A DNA stretch of 64,000 nt. It comes from Gammaproteobacteria bacterium (GTDB taxonomy: Bacteria > Pseudomonadota > Gammaproteobacteria > Eutrophobiales > Eutrophobiaceae). Shown piece by piece: positions 17,963-27,618 of this stretch. The notes under the pieces were generated by a model. That model searched no databases and was not told the origin of the DNA. It saw only the letters and a program-made list of their open reading frames with translations. Numbering within the stretch: position 1 is the stretch's first letter; every line of letters begins with the position of its first letter. The DNA lies in NCBI GenBank assembly GCA_030835405.1, contig JAURPG010000052.1:1698-65697 (forward strand), given 5' to 3'. Both the position numbers and the translations under genes were made by a program.

Positions 17963-20074
17963 ATGAAACTAATGCTACTCTACAACCCCATGAAATTTAT
18001 ATATTTATTTATACCCGTACTGTTATTTATCGCAGTTGGCGTGAGCGCACAGTCTTCCAATGATGAAGCAGAAGTGGTTACTTTTCCTGCTGATTATTTT
18101 GCCAGATTTAAACCGCTTACTGCTCTAGATATGGTGGAACAGGTACCGGGCTTCCAATTGGAAGAAAGTGATGATGAGACCCGTGGATATGCTGGAGCAG
18201 GCGGGAACCTGCTAATAAACGATAGACGTCCCAGTGCCAAACAGGATTTGCCTTCGGCCATACTGGGCAGGATACCGGCCAGTATGGTGGAAAGGGTTGA
18301 ATTGGTACGCGGTCAGGTCAGGGGAATTGACCTTCGCGGCCAGTCGCAAATGATCAATGTTATCATCCGTGAAAATACGCCTGCCACCGTTCAATGGGAG
18401 GCCATCATGCTGGTGCCATTTCAACACGGACCGCTGACACCTTCTATTTATACCTCATTATCGGATAACTGGAATAACATTGAATACAATGCCGGGTTTT
18501 CAGTATATAAAAATTCCTATGGCCGTGATGGTATCGATGAGATTTTTGATGGCGATGATCTGTTAACTGAAGAGCGGATTAACGACAGGGAAAACCGTAA
18601 CACCTTAATCAAGGGAAATTTAAACACTGTCTCAAGTTTAGATGAAAAGACCGTGCTGAAATTCAATACCGTCATTTCTTATGAGACCCGGGACCAGGTG
18701 CTGGTGTCGGACCGCATACCGCAGGCGGTTGGTGAAGACCCCAGGCAGGAAACCTTTGCTGAAGACATCAAACGTCCTACTATCGAAGTGGGTCTGGATG
18801 TGGAACGGAGTCTCACCAGTAATTTTCTTGGCAAGGCCATCGTGCTTTACTATCACACCGATGAGGATTCCCTGAAATCGCAACTGGTGGTAGACGATGA
18901 GGGTAACCAGACGCTGGACAGGCTGGCCGATGGCGACAGTGCAGCGCAGGAATTAATTACACGCCTGGAGTTTGACTGGGCCTTTCATCCGAACCATAAC
19001 TTGCAGTTGAATTTAGAACGGGCCTATAACAGCCTGGATGGGTCTATCTTACAGACCCTGGATACCGGGACGGGGCCAGTGGAGGTAGCGGTACCGGGGG
19101 CGAATTCCTTTGTGAAGGAAGAACGTTATGATTTTCTCCTGCAGGACACCTGGTCAATGGGAGAGCTGGAACTGGATTACGGCCTGGGGGCGGAGACATC
19201 AACCATCTCTCAGACAGGTGACGCCGAGCAAAGCCGTGATTTCTTTTTTCTTAAACCCCAGGCCATTCTCACCTGGTCATCAGAACAGGCACAGCAGACC
19301 AAATTCCGGGTGGCCCGTGAAGTGGCGCAACTGGATTTGAATGACTTTGTCAGTGCAACGGTATTTGAAGATGATGACCTGGCCCTGGGCAATCCCAATC
19401 TAAGGCCGGATACTACCTGGGTAACAGAGGTCAGCCACGAGCGTCGATTTGGAAGACTGACGGTCATTAAAGTCAGGGCATTTCATCACTGGATATCCGA
19501 TGTGCTGGATTTGTTACCCTTATCAGATACCTTTGAAACACCGGGTAATATCGGGGATGGGCGACGATGGGGAGTAGAAATAGAAAGTACTATCCCCATG
19601 GACTGGTTGGGATTAAAGGGATCAAAATTTGATATTAAGGCGAGGTTGCAAGACTCAACCGTTAATGATCCCGTGACCGGTAACAGCAGGCGTCTGTCCA
19701 GTCCGGGGGGAGACTTTCCCATAATTTATAACGTAGAGAACAAGTATGCTGTAGAGATGGATTTTAGACAGGACTTTGAAGAACACCGGATAGCATGGGG
19801 ATGGGACGTCATCACGCGGGCAAACAGGCCGCGGTATAAGGTTAACGAACTGGAAATATATGATGATAAATATGTATTAAATCTGTTTGTTGAAACCACG
19901 AGATGGATGGGGGTAAAGGTCCGGTTATCAGGCAGTAATGTATTGGATTCTCCAGGCTACCGTGACCGCACTGTATTTACCGGTCGTCGTGACCTGAGTC
20001 CGGTGAGATTTCGAGAAGTCCGCGATCTGGCACGTGACCGATCAGTCACGCTTTCCGTTAGTGGTGTATTTTAA
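17963..20074 (+). CDS. TonB-dependent receptor-like outer-membrane protein (paralog 3 of 4)
   Basis: Signal peptide ending GVSAQ. TonB-box-like EVVTF. Plug motif YFARFKPLTALDMVEQVPGF...RGYAGAGGNLLINDRRPSAK. C-terminal SGVF. Confidence 0.8.
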   Translation: MKLMLLYNPMKFIYLFIPVLLFIAVGVSAQSSNDEAEVVTFPADYFARFKPLTALDMVEQVPGFQLEESDDETRGYAGAGGNLLINDRRPSAKQDLPSAILGRIPASMVERVELVRGQVRGIDLRGQSQMINVIIRENTPATVQWEAIMLVPFQHGPLTPSIYTSLSDNWNNIEYNAGFSVYKNSYGRDGIDEIFDGDDLLTEERINDRENRNTLIKGNLNTVSSLDEKTVLKFNTVISYETRDQVLVSDRIPQAVGEDPRQETFAEDIKRPTIEVGLDVERSLTSNFLGKAIVLYYHTDEDSLKSQLVVDDEGNQTLDRLADGDSAAQELITRLEFDWAFHPNHNLQLNLERAYNSLDGSILQTLDTGTGPVEVAVPGANSFVKEERYDFLLQDTWSMGELELDYGLGAETSTISQTGDAEQSRDFFFLKPQAILTWSSEQAQQTKFRVAREVAQLDLNDFVSATVFEDDDLALGNPNLRPDTTWVTEVSHERRFGRLTVIKVRAFHHWISDVLDLLPLSDTFETPGNIGDGRRWGVEIESTIPMDWLGLKGSKFDIKARLQDSTVNDPVTGNSRRLSSPGGDFPIIYNVENKYAVEMDFRQDFEEHRIAWGWDVITRANRPRYKVNELEIYDDKYVLNLFVETTRWMGVKVRLSGSNVLDSPGYRDRTVFTGRRDLSPVRFREVRDLARDRSVTLSVSGVF

Positions 20075-20095
20075 GTTCAGATTACACCAGTTGAC

Positions 20096-21913
20096 TCATT
20101 GCTGATATGGGTTTGTACCGTTAAGTATGCTGTTGGCCCAGTTGGTCCAGTGCCTGCCAGGGTTAGATGAATAGTCATCGTCATAATCTCCAGGAACTGT
20201 TATTCCAGGTAATTCCGGGATCCAGTCCCGTGCCAGGATCTCATCGGGATTGCCATAGCGTGAGGCCAATGCCCTGACCTCTGGATCATTGCTTGCGGTA
20301 ATCTGTCCATGCTCTATCAAGGTCAGCCATTGACCGCCGTCACGTAACCTGACCTGGTAGGTGGGCAACAGGGTGTGGTTATGCAGGGCATGGCCTATGG
20401 GCAGGTTGTGTTGTTTGCCGAAGGCAAAGGACTCCGGTGAGCGTTGTGATTTTTCCTTGTCCAGTTCCGGGCCATTTTTTACTTCCGATCCAAACGACCA
20501 GTGGATCACACCGCCGGCATTTCTCTCGGACATATTGTTACCCACCAGGATCTCTCCAGGGTGTTTGAAATACTTGGGGTTGGTTCCGGTGCCAGCCTCG
20601 AACAAATACCAGAAACCGGGGTGCTCCTGAAACGGCCAGGTGAGTTCATTGATCTTCGGGTAGTTCAGCCATAACCTGAAGCCATCACCATACAGCCCAC
20701 CACCGATGACATTCTGGACATAACCGTTCCTGATATGGATCTCCATTCGTGGATGGTTGGATGCATGGCTGTTGCTGGAGGCGATAATGCCGTTGACCGT
20801 GGTCACCTGTACCGGTGGCAGCCATTCATTACTCCTGAGCGGATAATTGATTACCGAGGACGGAAAAATCCCTGATGCCTGGTTAGGAATCATCACCATA
20901 TGTCCCTGTCCATAGGATCCCCGGCTCCAGGCCAGCGCCTGTTCAGGAGTCAGTTCAAAATAAAACGCCGTGCCTTCTGGATCAGAGACTTCAACGCGAT
21001 CGGTATAAGCCGATGGTTCTATCAACTGGCTTTCAATAAGGCGCCAGACATCAGATGGATAGGCGGGGACCTTGCTCATGATGTCGAAATTGTTCAGGTA
21101 GGTGTAATTTCCATAGAGCTTTTCACCGTGATGTTGCAGGTCCTGGCGGGCGATGGCCCGGCCACTGTCACGCCAGAATATTTTATTTACCTCGGGATGC
21201 TCATCGAGATATTTAATGACCGCTTCTGACACTATCTGCGTATAGTCCCTGGCAATTGTCCGCAATTCCTCATTGGGATAGTCAAATTCAGGCCACGTGG
21301 CATCGGCCAGTACCGGATCTTTGTCCCGGGTCCACTGTACCGCCGCATCCCAATCAGGGATCTTGCCGGTGATGTTGAGGAAATTCAGTTCCTGTTGACC
21401 GTCACCTGCCTTGAAGACGTTATGAATATCATCAATTTGCTCCAGCATGGTTTTGGATAAACCGGCCAGTTCATGTTCAAAAAGGATCCTCGCTTCCACA
21501 TTTCTCTGGGTAAATGCCAGGGTCATGGCCTCCTGAACCAGGGTATCGGCAGTATGTGGGACCGGGATGAGGACGACATCACCCGGATCGGCGAGTCCCA
21601 GGGGACTACGGCCACCCCGTTGTTGAACAGCAAAACGGGCCTGGGGTAGGAGTTTTTCTACGGATTCGGGTGACTTCAGATAACCTGGAAAACGGGCCGT
21701 GGGTAAATCAGAATTCGGACCGGGCCCGATTAATCTCATCTCTTTGCGTAGTTTATCGATGTCCTGCGGGTCCCAGGGTGCATAGATCCGGTTTCGCTCA
21801 GACGCAGTCATCTGCTGTTGTTCAGGATTGAGATGCTGGTCTGCATACCCTGAAGTCGAAAATGTAGCAAGGCAGTAAATAATAATATTTGAAAGCCGGA
21901 TCTGATTATTCAT
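20096..21913 (-). CDS. Large secreted protein of unknown function
   Basis: 605-aa uninterrupted ORF with the signal-like N-terminus MNNQIRLSNIIIYCLATFSTSGYA/DQ. I cannot assign a motif securely. Confidence 0.55.
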   Translation of the reverse strand: MNNQIRLSNIIIYCLATFSTSGYADQHLNPEQQQMTASERNRIYAPWDPQDIDKLRKEMRLIGPGPNSDLPTARFPGYLKSPESVEKLLPQARFAVQQRGGRSPLGLADPGDVVLIPVPHTADTLVQEAMTLAFTQRNVEARILFEHELAGLSKTMLEQIDDIHNVFKAGDGQQELNFLNITGKIPDWDAAVQWTRDKDPVLADATWPEFDYPNEELRTIARDYTQIVSEAVIKYLDEHPEVNKIFWRDSGRAIARQDLQHHGEKLYGNYTYLNNFDIMSKVPAYPSDVWRLIESQLIEPSAYTDRVEVSDPEGTAFYFELTPEQALAWSRGSYGQGHMVMIPNQASGIFPSSVINYPLRSNEWLPPVQVTTVNGIIASSNSHASNHPRMEIHIRNGYVQNVIGGGLYGDGFRLWLNYPKINELTWPFQEHPGFWYLFEAGTGTNPKYFKHPGEILVGNNMSERNAGGVIHWSFGSEVKNGPELDKEKSQRSPESFAFGKQHNLPIGHALHNHTLLPTYQVRLRDGGQWLTLIEHGQITASNDPEVRALASRYGNPDEILARDWIPELPGITVPGDYDDDYSSNPGRHWTNWANSILNGTNPYQQ

Positions 21914-22102
21914 ATATCACCCACCATTTTACAGATTGACATGACTTGATTATAAATTTCATTATTTCAGGATTTTAGTACAATTGCATAATATTGAATG
22001 TGAAAAATAATAAGAGATTGTCATTAGCACAGCTTAAATCAGTTAACTTAAGCATATGTCACCCTGTAATATTAATGTATGTGGGCATCACGCGGGGGAA
22101 TC

Positions 22103-24139
22103 ATGAATAGTCAGATAACAACAATACGCTACATTACCTTTATTTTTCTCATGGCCTGGCAGGCGCAGCTCCAGACCGTCATGGCAGTCACCCCGGTGGT
22201 TGAACCTGGTGATGGTGCCATCCACTTTACCCGCGGTGAAGTGCGTGATGTGACAATCACACCAGGTGATCAGTCCTATCTACTGGTAGCGGCGTCATTT
22301 GACGGCATTGTCTCGCTGTCTCCTCAAGGCAGTCTGTTAGACAGCTTTGAACCGGAAAACGCCTTGTCAGAGATCGTCTCTATAGCAGTGTCGGATATGA
22401 GAGGGGTAGTGGACGAAGATGCCCTGCTGGTGGCGATGATGGACTGGACCCGGTTTCGAATCATCTTCAAGGGGCTGGATACCGGTACTGGTAAGTTTAC
22501 TGATCTCAGGATTAATAATAACGGTATTGTTACAGTGCCGCCGAGGACTACGCACCTTTGTTTTGCCAGAGACCTTTATGATCAAAGCCTGTATTTATTT
22601 GCCGGAGGTGATCATGGCCGCCTTTTACAATTTAAGATTTATCAATCAGATAGTGGTGCCCTGGGTGTGCGTGAATTGCAGGAGATTGTGATCGGTGGTC
22701 CGACTACCTCCTGTTACAGTGAGAACCAGGCCGGGCTTATCTATGTCACCGAGCCGGACATGGGTCTGTGGCGAGTCATCTCAGACCCCGAAGAGGTCCC
22801 CGTGCGAGAACCAGTGTTGTTAAATGGCCCTTATGGTGAGTTGTCAGAGGCGGTAAGTGTTGCCGGCTTATTGCGCGATAATCAACCCATGTCACTAATT
22901 GCAGACGTCGACTCTGAAGTCTTCCTGCGTGTAAGCCCACAGGGCAACGTTGTGGAGAAAATCCACTTTAATGATGTACTGGGGATCTTAGACATTGACG
23001 GTGATGTGGCCAGTATTGCAACAGGCGTGATCACGACTAATGAGAAAAGTAGTTCAGTCATGGCAGTGGCGTTAACCGGTGATGCGGACAACGGTGAAGT
23101 AGTACTCATCCCGCTACCTGAAAGAGAATCAGCCCTGGGGCATGATGTGGTGACAGGGGACCTGGATGCCATCGTCGTAACGCAGGCCATCAGTGCACCG
23201 GTGACCGGTGGTATGGATGCCGCCGATGATCCCGCTATCTGGATCCATCCCGATGAGCCGGCGCAGAGCCTGGTGATCGGGGCAGACAAGGGTGCTGGGC
23301 TTGGGGTCTATGACCTGCAGGGCAACCTGTTACAGTTTTTGCCCGACGGACGGATTAATAATGTGGATGTCCGCGGCGGGGTCAGTAACAACCCGGTACT
23401 TGCCCATATTGCCGTGGGGTCGGACCGTACCAATTATGCACTGGCGATATATGCCATTGATCCAGATTCACGTCAGGTCCGCCGTGTGGATGCCCGTATC
23501 GTTCCAGTGGAATTTAATGATGTCTATGGTCTATGTATGTACCAGAGTGATAAGAGAGGGGATCTATATGCCTTTGGCACCAGTGCCGATGGTTGGATGC
23601 ATCAGTGGCGCTTGTTTGAGATTGCTGGGAATAAAATTGATGCAGAACTGGTAAGGCGAATCAATATCGGTACCGTCACGGAAGGCTGTGTGGTGGATGA
23701 TGAACATGGCTATTTGTATGCCGCTGAAGAGCGGGTAGGGGTGTGGCGATACGGCGCAGAACCTGGCGATGGAGAACAACGTGAAGCCGTTGCCATGATA
23801 GAACCAGGTGGGGTACTCACCGCAGATCTTGAAGGCATGGCCATTTATGACACCGGGCAGGGAAGGGGATTCCTGGTGGTGACCTCGCAGGGATCAGACA
23901 ACTACTCAGTCTATGATCGCCTGCCACCACACGCCTATCGGGGGACATTTCGTATCAGGACCAATCCCGAATCAGGACTGGATGGTACCTCACAAACTGA
24001 CGGCATTGATATTACCAACGTGCCGCTGCCAGGTTACCCAAAGGGATTACTGGTGGCCCAGGATGGCCGGTATGATCAAAGCCAGAATTTTAAGTACGTG
24101 TCCTGGCAGGATATTGCTTATGCATTAGGTCTTCAATAA
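22103..24139 (+). CDS. Beta-propeller phytase (3-phytase), tandem-domain form
   Basis: The C-terminal half is collinear with my recollection of Bacillus PhyC-type phytase: DAADDPAIW, NNVDVR, IYAID, VYGLCMY, EGCVVDDEHGYLYAAEE, DLEGMAIY, SQGSDNYSVYDR, GTSQTDGIDI, VAQDG and NFKYVSW. The N-terminal half is a degenerate copy. The ATG at 22103 gives a signal peptide; the first ATG is at 22079. Confidence 0.85.
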   Translation: MNSQITTIRYITFIFLMAWQAQLQTVMAVTPVVEPGDGAIHFTRGEVRDVTITPGDQSYLLVAASFDGIVSLSPQGSLLDSFEPENALSEIVSIAVSDMRGVVDEDALLVAMMDWTRFRIIFKGLDTGTGKFTDLRINNNGIVTVPPRTTHLCFARDLYDQSLYLFAGGDHGRLLQFKIYQSDSGALGVRELQEIVIGGPTTSCYSENQAGLIYVTEPDMGLWRVISDPEEVPVREPVLLNGPYGELSEAVSVAGLLRDNQPMSLIADVDSEVFLRVSPQGNVVEKIHFNDVLGILDIDGDVASIATGVITTNEKSSSVMAVALTGDADNGEVVLIPLPERESALGHDVVTGDLDAIVVTQAISAPVTGGMDAADDPAIWIHPDEPAQSLVIGADKGAGLGVYDLQGNLLQFLPDGRINNVDVRGGVSNNPVLAHIAVGSDRTNYALAIYAIDPDSRQVRRVDARIVPVEFNDVYGLCMYQSDKRGDLYAFGTSADGWMHQWRLFEIAGNKIDAELVRRINIGTVTEGCVVDDEHGYLYAAEERVGVWRYGAEPGDGEQREAVAMIEPGGVLTADLEGMAIYDTGQGRGFLVVTSQGSDNYSVYDRLPPHAYRGTFRIRTNPESGLDGTSQTDGIDITNVPLPGYPKGLLVAQDGRYDQSQNFKYVSWQDIAYALGLQ

Positions 24140-24151
24140 CTTCAATATTCA

Positions 24152-24964
24152 TTAAATGATGGAATACCTGACCCTGGCAGACACCCATTCACTAAGGATC
24201 ACAGTAATTAAAATGACCAGAAGGATTATGGATACCTGGGTCCAGGCCAGGGTAGATATGGATGCCTCAAGCTGCAGGCCGATTCCACCGGCGCCTACCA
24301 GTCCCAGTATTGTTGACTCACGAATGTTAATATCCCAGCGATATACCGAGATACCGGCAAGTGCAGGCAGAACCTGTGGGAAGATGCCGAAACTGAGCAC
24401 CTGACCACCACTGGCACCGGTGGCGGTGATTGCCTCCACCTGTACGGGTTCAATCTCCTCAATGGCCTCGTAGAGCAGTTTTGCAATAAACCCGATGGAT
24501 CGAAGTCCAATGGCAATGATACCGGCTAAAATTCCCGGACCAATAATGGTGACCAGCATCAATGCCCAAATCAGTGAATTAATAGACCTGGATGAGGCGA
24601 TGATGAATAGTGCAATGGGCCTGACCAGAAAGGTATTCGGCGTAGTATTACGGGCGGCACAAAATGCCACTGGGACGGCAATAAAAAATGCGATAAGTGT
24701 CCCCAGTGTGGCGATATTGAACGTGTCCCATATGGGAAGCCACAGGTTGTCCAGGTAGTCCCACCTGGGAGGGACCATGCGGGTAGCAAGATCTTTTGCC
24801 TGTGAAGGTGCATCGGTCACAAAGAACCACATGGTCTTCTCTGATATCTTGTTCCAGCAGGTAATGAAGATTCCCAGGCCTAATAGCCAGCAAAACCATA
24901 GCAGCAGTTTCAGTTTCAGTGGTCTGTGATGCCATTGTCTGTCAGATCCCATTACTGTACCCAT
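24152..24964 (-). CDS. phnE: Phosphonate-type ABC transporter permease
   Basis: Polytopic permease. It has a PhnE-like C-terminal part (EAI.ATGAS..Q....I.PQV.P) and is paralogous to the adjacent gene. Confidence 0.8.
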   Translation of the reverse strand: MGTVMGSDRQWHHRPLKLKLLLWFCWLLGLGIFITCWNKISEKTMWFFVTDAPSQAKDLATRMVPPRWDYLDNLWLPIWDTFNIATLGTLIAFFIAVPVAFCAARNTTPNTFLVRPIALFIIASSRSINSLIWALMLVTIIGPGILAGIIAIGLRSIGFIAKLLYEAIEEIEPVQVEAITATGASGGQVLSFGIFPQVLPALAGISVYRWDINIRESTILGLVGAGGIGLQLEASISTLAWTQVSIILLVILITVILSEWVSARVRYSII

Positions 24965-25758
24965 TTACGTAACCACCCTGAACTGTATTCCACTGCCATG
25001 ACAATAAATATGATGATCAACAGGATGGCCGCTGCTGATTCAAATTCATATCGGTCAAAGGCAGTCAGTAATGTCGCACCTATACCACCACCACCCACAA
25101 TCCCCACCACAGCAGATTCACGGAAGTTGATATCAAACCGGTAGGCCGCCAGACCAATGGCCCGGGGGGTTACTTGTGGTTGAATGGCATAGTTTAACCA
25201 TTGCAGCCATGAGCAACCGGTGGAGCGTATTGCCTCGGCCTGGGCCTTGTCTATGTCTTCAATATCTTCGGCGAGGAGTTTGCCGTAAAAACCGACGGTG
25301 GCAATACTCAGGGTGACAAATCCAGCGAAGGGACCAAAGCCAAACAGTTTGACAAAGAATATGGCGAGAATGATCTCGGGAAACGTCCTCGATAATGCGA
25401 TGATGCCCCGGCAAATATAATAAACCGGCAGGACGGAGAGGTTACGCGCGGCGCCAATGCCTACCGGGATTGATATCAGTATACCAACCACGGTTGAGGT
25501 TACCGTCATCCACAGGCTTTCAAGAATGCCGTCCAGAATGGCGTCTGATCGACTGGTGAAATCTGGTGGAAAAAACGAGATGATAAAATTCATTCCACGG
25601 GGAATACCTTCCATGACCCGCGACCAGTTGATGTCCATGGAGCCGATGGCCAGGGCAAGGTATATCAACAGTGCTGACCAAAAACCCCAACGTAGTACAG
25701 GTTTAGAGATAAAGGGTTCGCGGTGCCAGTGTCTATCTGCTGGTGAAGAAGTATTCAT
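24952..25758 (-). CDS. phnE: Phosphonate-type ABC transporter permease
   Basis: EAIRSTGCSWLQWLNYAIQPQVTP and the INFRESAVVGIVGGGGIG motif are typical of PhnE. It overlaps the downstream phnE by 13 nt. Confidence 0.8.
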   Translation of the reverse strand: MNTSSPADRHWHREPFISKPVLRWGFWSALLIYLALAIGSMDINWSRVMEGIPRGMNFIISFFPPDFTSRSDAILDGILESLWMTVTSTVVGILISIPVGIGAARNLSVLPVYYICRGIIALSRTFPEIILAIFFVKLFGFGPFAGFVTLSIATVGFYGKLLAEDIEDIDKAQAEAIRSTGCSWLQWLNYAIQPQVTPRAIGLAAYRFDINFRESAVVGIVGGGGIGATLLTAFDRYEFESAAAILLIIIFIVMAVEYSSGWLRKWVQ

Positions 25759-26547
25759 CTAGATACCCCGGAGATTTTGACTGTCTATATGATCACCTGT
25801 TGCCGACCAGTCCTCTTCACCATAGATCTGAGTCAGTACCTCAGAAGTTAATCCATCAGGATTGCCATCGTAGACTATTTGGCCTTGTTTTAACCCAACG
25901 ATTCGCTGCGCAAATAGCTTTGCTAATGGTACATCATGGATATTGATAACAGCAGTTAAGTCACGTTCCTGGCATAAGTCGGAGATGATCCGCATAATCT
26001 GCCGAGAGGTCCTGGGGTCTAGACTGGCGGTGGGTTCATCTACCAGTAACAGTTCCGGATCCTGAATCAATGCCCGGGCGATTCCTACCCGTTGACGTTG
26101 ACCACCTGATAAGGCATCGGCGCGCTTATAAGCCATGTCTTCAAGGCCCACCCGTCCAAGCAGATCAAATGCCGCGTTAATGTCTTTCTGGGGAAACTTT
26201 CGCAACAGGCTGCGCCAGAATCCTACGTAGCCTAGCCTCCCTGACAATACGTTTTCCATGACACTGAGGCGTTCCACCAGGGCGTATTCCTGGAAGATCA
26301 TTCCTATATGTCGGCGTGCGGATCTCAGTGAGTGTTTTCCCAACAGGCAAAGGTTTTGATCATTCAGGTGGACTGATCCGCTGGAGGGTTCCACCAGCCT
26401 GTTTATACAACGTATTAATGTACTCTTTCCTGCACCGGACGGCCCAATGAGTGCCAGCACCTGCCCAGTGGGAATCTCAATAGAGACATTATCTAGTGCC
26501 AGGTCCCCTGTGGGGTAGCGTTTAGTTAGGTTCTTTAGCCGCAGCAT
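25759..26547 (-). CDS. phnC: Phosphonate-type ABC transporter ATP-binding protein
   Basis: Walker [10 protein letters not shown], signature LSGGQRQRV, Walker B LLLVDEP, and the PhnC-like N-terminus [11 protein letters not shown]. Confidence 0.85.
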   Translation of the reverse strand: MLRLKNLTKRYPTGDLALDNVSIEIPTGQVLALIGPSGAGKSTLIRCINRLVEPSSGSVHLNDQNLCLLGKHSLRSARRHIGMIFQEYALVERLSVMENVLSGRLGYVGFWRSLLRKFPQKDINAAFDLLGRVGLEDMAYKRADALSGGQRQRVGIARALIQDPELLLVDEPTASLDPRTSRQIMRIISDLCQERDLTAVINIHDVPLAKLFAQRIVGLKQGQIVYDGNPDGLTSEVLTQIYGEEDWSATGDHIDSQNLRGI

Positions 26548-26596
26548 CAGTAATAACTATGTTTAGTTGAAATACACTGACCGTATCAGTCAATGC

Positions 26597-27562
26597 TTAT
26601 TTGCAATCGTAACTGATGTTATTTGCGGAGTCGATATTCCTGATGACTTCCCAGTCGGTTTTATATGTAATTGAGATAAACTTGTCGTCCTCAACAAATT
26701 CCTGTTCCAGTGCCGAGCCTTCCCACTTAAAAGTGTAAAACGCATCTTTAATCTTGTTCACCAGGTCGGGGTGTAGATTATGGGCGTGACCGTAACTGGT
26801 GGTGGGAAAGGTTGGTGAGCGGTATATGGTTCTATAATCAGAAGGATTAACGGTGTTTCGTGCAATCATCCGGGTTAATACGGAATTGGCTACAGCCGCC
26901 GCCTCATAATCCCTGTTAACCACACCAAGAATTGAATTATCATGTTTACCTGAGAAGGTAGATTTTATATCGCGGTCAACGACCAGGTTAAATTCAGAAT
27001 TCAGTAAAGCAGACGGGGCCTTAAAACCTGAATTGGAAGTGGGGGAGGTAAACGCCATGGTCTTGCCTTTCAGGTCAGCAGGTGACTGTATCGGACTACC
27101 GGCGGGGACGATGATCTCCATCTCGTAACCAAACGATCCGTCATTTGCTGCCATCATAGTAAAGGGCACATAGCCGGCACAATTAACCGCAACTGGATTT
27201 CCCCCTACGTTGATGCCCGCCACGTGTAACCTGCCGGACCGCATGGCCTCGTATTGTGCCGCATAGGATTGAACTGGAAAGAACATGACCCTGTGGCCCG
27301 TGACGTTAGACATATGTTGAATGAACCCGTCCCAGACTCTGGCGTACACTATAGGGTCTTCTACAGGGGTGTACGAAAATATTATGGTTCCAGGGTCTCT
27401 CCAGTCATTCTGATTCTGAGGCAGGTCGGCAACCAGGTCACCGTCACGATCACAATAAAGCCTATCAAGTGATCCACGGGGACATTCCTGGCTATTTGCT
27501 GTTCCAGTCATAGCCAGAAAAACCATACAAGTTATGTGTAAAAGCAGTTTCACTCTCTTCAT
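26597..27562 (-). CDS. phnD: Phosphonate/phosphite-type periplasmic substrate-binding protein
   Basis: The PhnD-like core is TMAFTSPTSNSGFKAPSALL. The signal peptide is MKRVKLLLHITCMVFLAMTGTANS from the ATG at 27562; an alternative ATG lies at 27589. Confidence 0.75.
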   Translation of the reverse strand: MKRVKLLLHITCMVFLAMTGTANSQECPRGSLDRLYCDRDGDLVADLPQNQNDWRDPGTIIFSYTPVEDPIVYARVWDGFIQHMSNVTGHRVMFFPVQSYAAQYEAMRSGRLHVAGINVGGNPVAVNCAGYVPFTMMAANDGSFGYEMEIIVPAGSPIQSPADLKGKTMAFTSPTSNSGFKAPSALLNSEFNLVVDRDIKSTFSGKHDNSILGVVNRDYEAAAVANSVLTRMIARNTVNPSDYRTIYRSPTFPTTSYGHAHNLHPDLVNKIKDAFYTFKWEGSALEQEFVEDDKFISITYKTDWEVIRNIDSANNISYDCK

Positions 27563-27618
27563 ATCGCAATACTTGTTTATTGGAATCATGAGTTTGTCTG
27601 TATATTCTACATGGAATA

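Noticed and set aside
21914-22102. A Pho box upstream of the phytase gene.
   Set aside because: Only isolated TGTCA-containing half-sites occur (TTGTCATTAGC, ATGTCACCCTGTAAT). They lack the 11-bp repeat spacing of PhoB sites.
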